Positions 57,306 to 64,000 of a DNA stretch of 64,000 nt are shown one piece after another. Numbering within the stretch: position 1 is the first letter of the stretch; the number at the start of each line of letters is the position of its first letter. The translations under genes and the position numbers were made by a program. Source of the stretch: Spartobacteria bacterium (GTDB lineage: Bacteria; Verrucomicrobiota; Verrucomicrobiia; Chthoniobacterales; UBA6821); contig CANKWU010000004.1 of NCBI GenBank assembly GCA_947487385.1, forward strand, positions 26,061 to 90,060. Direction: 5' to 3'. The notes beneath the pieces were generated by a model. The model was not told the origin of the DNA. It worked only from the letters and a program-made list of their open reading frames with translations, and ran no database searches.

Positions 57306-58616
57306 TTAAAATCCCGTTCGGAACTGGACGATTAGAAGCCAGAGGTTGAGCCCCGCTATCACGGCGGCCATCACCCATCCGGTGACACGCACCCATGAGG
57401 CATTGACGAACTCACCCATGATTGAGGCGTTTCCGGTGAACTGTACCAGAGGAACCACGGCAAAGCTGAGTTGCATACTGAGAATGACCTGGCTGACGAT
57501 GAGAAGGTGCGTGGTGGCTCCTTCTCCGGCGATGGCGATCACGGTGAATGCGGGAATAATCGCCAGCAACCGGGTAAGCAGACGGCGCATCCAAGGGGCG
57601 ATCCGGATGTGAACGAATCCCTCCATGATGATCTGTCCGGCAAGGGTGCCTGTCAGAGTGCTGTTCTGACCCGAAGCTAAGAGAGCCACGGCAAAGAGGG
57701 TGCCCGCTCCAGCCACGCCGAGCATCGGAGCCAGCAACTTGAAGGCCTCCTGGATTTGGGCCACATCGGTCCGGCCTGCCTTGTAGAAGGTGGCGGCTGC
57801 CAAAATCAGGATGGCCGCGTTAATCGCAAGGGCCAGCGTCAATGCAATGTTGGAATCAATGGTCGCAAAGCGGATGGCTTCCTTCTTTCCGACCGAGTCA
57901 AGCGGGTAGCGCCGGGTCTGAACGATGGAGGAGTGTAGGTAGAGATTATGTGGCATTACGGTGGCACCGATAATTCCCATGGCGATGAAGAGTTTTTCTG
58001 GGTCGGAAACAATCGTCGCGGTGGGTAAGAAGCCATGCAGGATCGGCAAGATCTCAGGTTTGGAGAAAAAGAGCTCCAGGGCAAAGCATCCTGCGATCGT
58101 TGCGATCAGTGTGATCACGATTGCCTCGATGTAGCGGAATCCTTTCTGCTGCAGCAGGAGCAGAAGGAGGACATCCAGAATAGTGATAATCACGCCGACC
58201 AGCAGCGGAAGATGAAAGAGGAGATTCAGCGCGATGGCCGAACCGAGTACCTCAGCCAGATCACAGGCCGCGATGGCAATTTCAGCAAAGATCCAAAGAC
58301 AGACGGAGGCTTTCTTTCCGTAGTATTTGCGGCAGAGCTGAGCGAGATCGGCGCCGGTGGCGATACCAAGCTTCAGGGCGAGATATTGCAGGAACATTGC
58401 CATCAGGCTCGAGAAGAGGATGACGGAGAGTAGGGAATAGTTATATTTTGATCCTCCGGCCAGATCTGTCGCCCAGTTTCCTGGGTCCATATACCCTACT
58501 GCTACAAGATATCCCGGGCCCGCAAATGCCAGAAGTTTTCTCCAAAAGCCCTTCTGAGATGGAATATCCATTGTGCGATGCACTTCAGGAAGAGTGGGTA
58601 AGATGGGCAGGGTCAT
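57306..58616 (-). CDS. mntH: Nramp-family divalent metal (Mn2+/Fe2+) transporter
   Basis: GPGYLVAVGYMDPGNWATDL signature and about 11 TM segments. The start may be Met-16 (58571), which would leave room for a leader. Confidence 0.92.
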   Translation of the reverse strand: MTLPILPTLPEVHRTMDIPSQKGFWRKLLAFAGPGYLVAVGYMDPGNWATDLAGGSKYNYSLLSVILFSSLMAMFLQYLALKLGIATGADLAQLCRKYYGKKASVCLWIFAEIAIAACDLAEVLGSAIALNLLFHLPLLVGVIITILDVLLLLLLQQKGFRYIEAIVITLIATIAGCFALELFFSKPEILPILHGFLPTATIVSDPEKLFIAMGIIGATVMPHNLYLHSSIVQTRRYPLDSVGKKEAIRFATIDSNIALTLALAINAAILILAAATFYKAGRTDVAQIQEAFKLLAPMLGVAGAGTLFAVALLASGQNSTLTGTLAGQIIMEGFVHIRIAPWMRRLLTRLLAIIPAFTVIAIAGEGATTHLLIVSQVILSMQLSFAVVPLVQFTGNASIMGEFVNASWVRVTGWVMAAVIAGLNLWLLIVQFRTGF

Positions 58617-58618
58617 TA

Positions 58619-58638
58619 AAATTAGTCTTGGCTAATTT
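58619..58638. promoter_or_regulatory. Palindrome AAATTAG-N6-CTAATTT in the mntH/mntR divergent region (candidate MntR operator)
   Basis: Perfect 7-bp inverted repeat read directly. It extends to about 8/10 per half-site (AAAATTAGTC..GGCTAATTTA). It sits between a metal transporter and its DtxR/MntR-family regulator. Confidence 0.5.
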
Positions 58639-58704
58639 ATTTATACGATGCTATTTGTTTTCTGCAAAGAGAAAAAGCCGACGGCTGGCTCTCTTAATTA
58701 TCCC

Positions 58705-59142
58705 ATGATCAAAGCTTCAAATAGGTCATCATCGGCTGCCGAGGACTATCTGGAGCGTATCCAGGAACTCATCGAGGCAAAGGGCTATGCCAGAGTAGTT
58801 GATATTGCGGCGAGCCTTGGGATCTCCCAAGCCAGTGTCACCAACATGGTCAAGCGACTCGATGCCGAGGGGTTTGTCCTCTATGAGAAATATAGGGGAT
58901 TGGTGCTGACACCCGAGGGTGAGCGCATTGCCAAGGAGATTGCCCGTCGGCATCGCATTCTGACTGATTTTTTGACCCAGTTGGGAATTTCAAGCGAGGT
59001 GGTTGATCGCGACGTTGAGGGGATGGAGCATCACCTGAGCCCGACATCGATGGAAGCCATTGAAGTGCTCTGTCAGGAATTGGTCTTTCACCCCGATCTG
59101 CTTGCAAAAATCAAACAAGGATCGAACAGAGGAATTTCCTAA
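58705..59142 (+). CDS. mntR: DtxR/MntR-family metal-dependent transcriptional regulator
   Basis: EDYLERIQELIEAKGYARVVDIAASLGISQASVTNMVKRL (wHTH) and RRHRILTDFL. ATG 58705 is preferred over 58648. Confidence 0.88.
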   Translation: MIKASNRSSSAAEDYLERIQELIEAKGYARVVDIAASLGISQASVTNMVKRLDAEGFVLYEKYRGLVLTPEGERIAKEIARRHRILTDFLTQLGISSEVVDRDVEGMEHHLSPTSMEAIEVLCQELVFHPDLLAKIKQGSNRGIS

Positions 59143-59224
59143 ACCGGACAGATGATGTCCGCTTACTAAAGCTTCTTATGCTTGAATCCTTGAGGCTGAC
59201 AGCTTACGGTTTCTAAGATTTTTT

Positions 59225-59593
59225 ATGTCCACTTTTAAGCAACTTGCCTCCCTTCTGGGGATTTCGGATCGTCAGCTTCGGCGCTATGCCGAAGAGGGAA
59301 AAGTCGTGGGTGTTTACACAACAAAAGGAGGCCATTGGCGCCTGCGGGGAAAACTAACCGAGGCCCGAGTTCAGCGGGCCAGAAAAGTGCTCCGATTGAC
59401 TCCCTCCATTGCCACAAATCGACGTAAGAATCATTTCAAGCGAGCCAATGTCGTGATCAAGGATGTCCAGAAACAATGGAAGCAAACCTTCGAGCCTCCC
59501 AAAAAGAAAGTGCCAACCCCCAAGAAGCCCAAGCCATTCACGGCACCTCTTCCGGGTCAGGCTGTCCAGGTTGATCTGTTCGGGGATTGGTAG
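59225..59593 (+). CDS. Small helix-turn-helix (excisionase/MerR-like) protein with Lys/Pro-rich tail
   Basis: MSTFKQLASLLGISDRQLRRYAEEGKV is an HTH. The basic PKKK-rich C-terminal half ends in QVDLFGDW. Confidence 0.6.
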   Translation: MSTFKQLASLLGISDRQLRRYAEEGKVVGVYTTKGGHWRLRGKLTEARVQRARKVLRLTPSIATNRRKNHFKRANVVIKDVQKQWKQTFEPPKKKVPTPKKPKPFTAPLPGQAVQVDLFGDW

Positions 59594-59684
59594 TGTTTGT
59601 TGGAATAGGTTAATAAAGTTTTTCCGAATTTGTAACGCTCTCGGGCTTGGATTTTTATCGGAACAACTTCACTCTCACTCGGGC

Positions 59685-60302
59685 ATGAAACCAATCCAGA
59701 TCTCTTTTATAGGTGCTTTTCTACTGCTAGTGCTTTTCTTGGCTCGTCCTTCAGGGCTCAATGCTGCAAGCCATCCCGTCTCATCGCCATTCTCCGCGAT
59801 GGCCACGCTATCCTGCCGTGGGGCGAAGCCGGGGGCCCGCGTGGAACTGCTCGTGACCGTTCGGAATGCTCTTCATCCCACGATCGATTCGGTGGAGAGA
59901 CCTCCCTCTTTTCGTATGAGGACACTCCGCAAGCCCCGTTTAGTCAAGACAGGTGATGGCGATGTCTGGCTTTTCCGCTATAAGATCATTCCCACGGAAA
60001 ACGGGGATTTTGAAATTCCATCGATCACAGTGACTGACTCATCGCTTCAGACGAGGACAACCCCACTGAGGCTCCTTGTTTCGCTCAAGGGAGATGCCCC
60101 CGCGTTGACCCCGGGTGAGCTTTCCCGAACGGTCAATCTTCCCACCTCGCTGAGCGAGGAGGTGATGAAGAATGTTCCCCAGAAAGCACCGAAGTTAGAA
60201 GCATCTTCGGTGCCTGGAGATACACGTCCATTGCTCGCGAGGATTGGGTCGACTCTCTTAAAGGAAATTCAAGCCTTCTGGAATTACCCCGGCGGAAAAT
60301 AG
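59685..60302 (+). CDS. Hypothetical exported protein (weak BatD-like N-terminal beta domain)
   Basis: ATG 59685 gives the signal peptide MKPIQISFIGAFLLLVLFLARPSGLNA. WLFRYKIIPTENGDFEIPSITV resembles BatD-type domains only loosely. Confidence 0.5.
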   Translation: MKPIQISFIGAFLLLVLFLARPSGLNAASHPVSSPFSAMATLSCRGAKPGARVELLVTVRNALHPTIDSVERPPSFRMRTLRKPRLVKTGDGDVWLFRYKIIPTENGDFEIPSITVTDSSLQTRTTPLRLLVSLKGDAPALTPGELSRTVNLPTSLSEEVMKNVPQKAPKLEASSVPGDTRPLLARIGSTLLKEIQAFWNYPGGK

Positions 60303-60369
60303 TCAGATCCTGTCCGTCCGGACTTGTCTTTCTCAATTCGGTTGGCTATTTTTATATTTTTTAACCCTC

Positions 60370-60750
60370 ATGTTTTCTCTGCTGCTGCTCCCTAAACTTC
60401 TTATCGCCGGTGGCTCTTCCTTTCTGGGGACTCTTGAATTGCCTCCATCTCTTGTCATGGTCAATCACACCTTGGCAGGAGAGAAGATCCTTGCCCGTGA
60501 GGTTGTCTGCCGTGATCGCTGGGGAACGCCAATGCTTCCCGATGGAAAGGGAGGCTACAGCATCATTTCCCCAATTGATAAGGGATTGATCGCACAGAGC
60601 CTCTGGATTCCCCCTGTTTCAGGATCACGTCCGAAACCAACTCCCGCTCCGCCAGTTTCCCTGCCGGTAATAGGCGCCCCGCCTCAAAACACTCCTGCCG
60701 GCGGTAATGGTTCTTCCCTTGCTACCCCTGGAACAGGAATCCCCCGATAG
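60370..60750 (+). CDS. Hypothetical small exported protein, Pro-rich C-terminus
   Basis: Hydrophobic N-terminus MFSLLLLPKLLIAGG. No recognisable domain. Confidence 0.4.
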   Translation: MFSLLLLPKLLIAGGSSFLGTLELPPSLVMVNHTLAGEKILAREVVCRDRWGTPMLPDGKGGYSIISPIDKGLIAQSLWIPPVSGSRPKPTPAPPVSLPVIGAPPQNTPAGGNGSSLATPGTGIPR

Positions 60751-60907
60751 TCTTGATCGTAGCGAGGGGGGTGTTTTGAGCTCTCAACACTTCGGATCTA
60801 TAGCCTTAAACTTAGGATCCTAGGCCAAGGCCATAGACTTAGTCACCAAGACTTAAGCGCCAATTGATAGGCCTTTGGATTTCCAGTTGATTGGAGGGGG
60901 AATTGAA

Positions 60908-62599
60908 TCAAGTGTACTTGAGTACTTCTTCGATCGTGGTGATACCATCAAAGATGCATCGGAGTCCGTCTGCTCTAAGTGTCGACATGCCGAGTTCCAT
61001 GGCCTTGTGCCTGATGACGACGCCAGGAGCCTTTTCGTTAATCATTGCACGGATTGGATCGGTGACCTTGAGCAATTCGTAGAGACCTTTCCGGCCTTTA
61101 TAGCCTGTCTGGTTACATTCGGAGCATCCTTTGCCGAAATAGAAGGTCTTGTCTCCGATGTCGTAGGGAGAGAGGCCGAGTTGAGAGAGGAGTGCCTCAT
61201 CGGGCTCATAGGATGTCTTGCAGCGTGCGCAGATGCGGCGCACCAGACGTTGGGCAAGCACTGCCTCGAGCGCTGCTGATAGCATGAAAGGTTCGACTCC
61301 CATGTCGATAAGACGAGAGACAACACCGGTCGAATCATTGGCATGCAGGGTTGTGAAGACTAGGTGTCCGGTGAGTGATGCCTGGATTGCAATCTGGGCC
61401 GTTTCCAGATCACGGGTTTCCCCGATCATGATGCGGTCAGGATCTTGTCGAAGGAATGCCCTTAGCACCCTGGCGAAGTTAAGTCCCGCAGCTTCGTTGA
61501 TAGGCACCTGAAGGATTCCTTCGATCTCGTACTCCACCGGGTCTTCGGCAGTGAGGAGCTTTGAATCAACCGTATTGATCTTATTCAGACAGGCGTAGAG
61601 GGTGGTTGTTTTTCCCGATCCGGTAGGGCCACAGACGATGAAGATGCCGTTCGGTTTCTCAATGACCTCAATGATGTATTCGTAGATGTCCTGTGGCATC
61701 TGAAGGGTCTCCAGATCCAGCTTCACAGCACTTCTGTCGAGAATACGCAGCACGATGCTTTCGCCGAATTGTGTCGGGAGACAGGAAACACGGAGATCGA
61801 CTGTTTTATCGCCGATCTGCCGCTGGATACGTCCATCCTGCGGGACGCGTCGTTCCGCAATATTGAGGTTGGCCATGACCTTAAGGCGTGAGGTGACGGG
61901 AATCGCCAGATGGCGTGGAGGTGGCTCCATCTCGTAGAGGGCTCCGTCAACGCGGTAGCGAATCTTGAACTCCTTTTCAAACGGCTCGAAGTGAATGTCA
62001 CTTGCTTGCGCATGAACTGCTCGATCAAGAATCAAGTCGACATAGCGGATGATTGGTGTGGCGTTAGCCTCGGCTGCCGCAGCGGCGGCATTGAATTCCT
62101 CCTCTCCTGTGTCGAGTTCCGTTACTTCCCTGACACTGAGTTGCTCGAGGACATCCTCCATGGATGTCTCTTCAGACCCATAATGCGTGGCGATAAGGTG
62201 CTTGACCTGATGGCAGGGAGCGACGACTTGGGCGATCTCTCGGTTCAGTGTGAAGCGGAGATCCTCTAGGGCCTGGGTGTCCAGTGGATTGCCAAGAGCC
62301 ACGGTCAGCACATTGCCGGAGGCCATCACGGGAATCACCTCGTGAAGACGTGCCATACCGGCAGGAACCAGATGAATGAGGGCTGGAAGAGGTTCGAAAC
62401 CGGTGAGGTCGACGGCATCAACTCCCAGTTCCACGGCGATGGTCTGGGCGAAGGACTCTTCGGTGACGAAGTTCTGATCGACCAAGATATCCCTGATGTC
62501 ACGACCAGAATTTATTGTCTCCACCATGAGCTCCTCTCCAGTGATGCTACTGAGAACTCCCGCGCGCTTGAAAATATCGATGACCTGATGCGGATTCAT
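60908..62599 (-). CDS. PilB/GspE-family secretion/pilus-assembly ATPase
   Basis: N-terminal T2SSE_N-like domain, Walker [20 protein letters not shown], and the tetracysteine CARCK...CSECNQTGYKGR. Confidence 0.92.
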   Translation of the reverse strand: MNPHQVIDIFKRAGVLSSITGEELMVETINSGRDIRDILVDQNFVTEESFAQTIAVELGVDAVDLTGFEPLPALIHLVPAGMARLHEVIPVMASGNVLTVALGNPLDTQALEDLRFTLNREIAQVVAPCHQVKHLIATHYGSEETSMEDVLEQLSVREVTELDTGEEEFNAAAAAAEANATPIIRYVDLILDRAVHAQASDIHFEPFEKEFKIRYRVDGALYEMEPPPRHLAIPVTSRLKVMANLNIAERRVPQDGRIQRQIGDKTVDLRVSCLPTQFGESIVLRILDRSAVKLDLETLQMPQDIYEYIIEVIEKPNGIFIVCGPTGSGKTTTLYACLNKINTVDSKLLTAEDPVEYEIEGILQVPINEAAGLNFARVLRAFLRQDPDRIMIGETRDLETAQIAIQASLTGHLVFTTLHANDSTGVVSRLIDMGVEPFMLSAALEAVLAQRLVRRICARCKTSYEPDEALLSQLGLSPYDIGDKTFYFGKGCSECNQTGYKGRKGLYELLKVTDPIRAMINEKAPGVVIRHKAMELGMSTLRADGLRCIFDGITTIEEVLKYT

Positions 62600-62605
62600 A
62601 GGATG

Positions 62606-64000
62606 CTAATGGCTCTCCCCCATCGTGCTGGAAATAACCTCTTCCGGAGTGGTGAGTCCGGCGAGAACCTTGCGAATGCCATCTTCGCGCAAGGTTCGCA
62701 TTCCCATTTCTCTGGTCCTCTGTCGGAGTTGGAGAGTGGTTGCATTACGGTTGATCATCTGGCGAATATCGTCATCAGCCACGAAGATTTCGAAGATTCC
62801 CATACGTCCGCGGAAGCCCTTGCCTCGGCACTTTTCGCATCCCGCGGGACGCATGACGGATGCCTTAGAGAGTTGTGAGGCATCGAGGTTCAGTACCCTT
62901 AACTCGTACTCACTCATTTCCCCGGGCACCTTACAGTTCGCACAGAGCTTTCTTACAAGGCGCTGGGCTATGATGCCGCGCACGGCGCTGGAGACAAGGA
63001 AGGGCTGCACTCCAATATCCACGAGACGGGCAACCGCTGCTGGGGCATCGTTGGTGTGTAGGGTTGAAAGCACAAGGTGTCCGGTCAATGAGGCGTTGAT
63101 AGCGATCTCGGCCGTTTCTTTGTCACGAATTTCACCCAGCATGACGATGTTCGGTGCCTGGCGCAGCATGGAGCGGAGTGCTGCTGCGAAGGTCATGCCG
63201 ACCTCCGTGTTCACCTGAACTTGGTTGATACCCGTCATCTGGTACTCGACCGGTTCCTCGACCGTGATGATCTTGCGGTCAGGTCGGTTCATGTAGTTAA
63301 GGCAACCGTAAAGGGTGGTTGTTTTTCCCGACCCCGTCGGTCCCGTTACCAGGATGATGCCGTCGGGCATCTGTACCAACCGTTCAAAGGTGGCCTGGTC
63401 ATCACTCATGAAACCGAGTTCAGGTAGACCGAGCATCAGCGACGACTTATCGAGGATACGCATGACAATGCTTTCCCCGTGCACCGTGGGCACGCTGCTG
63501 ACACGGAGATCGATCGTCTTCTCTCCCACCTTCACCTGGATGCGCCCATCCTGTGGAACACGCTTTTCGGCAATATTCATCGAGGAGGTCATAATCTTCA
63601 GACGACTGATGATAGCTCCCTGGAGCTTTTTCGGCGGGCTCTGCATCTCTTGAAGATTCCCGTCAATGCGGTAGCGAATCCTCAGGCGCTTCTCCATTGG
63701 CTCGATGTGAATGTCGCTTGCCCTGTTGTTCTGGGCTTCGATGAGCATATTTGAAACCAGCCGGATGATCGGGGCATCATCTTCGGCTGTATTCTCTTCC
63801 TCCTCCGTAATGGCAACATTACCGAGTTCCTCAAGACCTAGGGGATAGAGGCGGTCGAGCTTGTCCTTGATCTGTGAGGGGACGGCGCAGACAAATTCCA
63901 CGGGTCTCTCAAGAAGGAATCCAATGCTGTCGAAAGCCTCAAAATCCATCGGATCCGCGATCGCAAGCACGAGCGAACCATCATGTTCCGAGACGGGCAC
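62606..64000 (-). CDS. PilB/GspE-family ATPase, second tandem paralog (N-terminus beyond the window)
   Basis: Walker [20 protein letters not shown] and CANCK...[12 protein letters not shown]. The ORF is open at position 64000. It ends 6 nt upstream of the next ATPase gene. Confidence 0.9.
   Translation of the reverse strand: MPVSEHDGSLVLAIADPMDFEAFDSIGFLLERPVEFVCAVPSQIKDKLDRLYPLGLEELGNVAITEEEENTAEDDAPIIRLVSNMLIEAQNNRASDIHIEPMEKRLRIRYRIDGNLQEMQSPPKKLQGAIISRLKIMTSSMNIAEKRVPQDGRIQVKVGEKTIDLRVSSVPTVHGESIVMRILDKSSLMLGLPELGFMSDDQATFERLVQMPDGIILVTGPTGSGKTTTLYGCLNYMNRPDRKIITVEEPVEYQMTGINQVQVNTEVGMTFAAALRSMLRQAPNIVMLGEIRDKETAEIAINASLTGHLVLSTLHTNDAPAAVARLVDIGVQPFLVSSAVRGIIAQRLVRKLCANCKVPGEMSEYELRVLNLDASQLSKASVMRPAGCEKCRGKGFRGRMGIFEIFVADDDIRQMINRNATTLQLRQRTREMGMRTLREDGIRKVLAGLTTPEEVISSTMGESH

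Overview
This is a gene-dense 64-kb chromosomal segment with about 58 protein genes, one tRNA, and no rRNA or CRISPR. Most of it is housekeeping: hemL, nadA, acnA, an AhpE-like peroxiredoxin, an LptF/G-type permease, a LOG-family protein, cimA, carA and asd. It also holds the conserved nusA-infB-rbfA-nrnA-truB-ribF block, aroE, gltX, ispD, an M16 peptidase, a sulfatase beside a formylglycine-generating enzyme, rplS-rnhB-yraN, dnaE and coaX. Further along are two tandem PilT ATPases, a YqjD/YqjE/YqjK-like trio, divergent mntH/mntR, and two tandem PilB/GspE ATPases, the last of which runs off the window. Many neighbouring genes overlap by 4 nt (ATGA/GTGA), which suggests translational coupling. 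Accessory content is small: a decayed IS481-type transposase, a lone HNH endonuclease and one GxxExxY (PD-(D/E)XK-like) ORF. The sulfatase/FGE pair, the GxxExxY ORF and the near absence of Shine-Dalgarno sequences suggest a PVC/Verrucomicrobiota-like organism, but I could not run a search, so this is inference only. I found no clear multi-gene novel system such as a defence island, biosynthetic cluster, retroelement or CRISPR. The most unusual signal is non-coding. A family of inverted-repeat elements has arms made of tandem TTCC-type octamers. One copy encloses the GxxExxY ORF from start codon to stop codon, and two copies are empty. The TTCC...TTCCAYAT arm repeatedly ends 9-12 nt upstream of start codons (hemL, nadA, ribF, the ORF at 311, and truB in short form). 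Secondary curiosities are an alkaline-phosphatase-fold protein lacking most metal ligands and a sulfatase with C-V-C-S-R in place of C-x-P-x-R. Others are a polytopic membrane domain fused to a hotdog thioesterase and an exported protein with roughly 600 residues of coiled coil plus TPR repeats. All product calls rest on motifs read by eye from the supplied translations.
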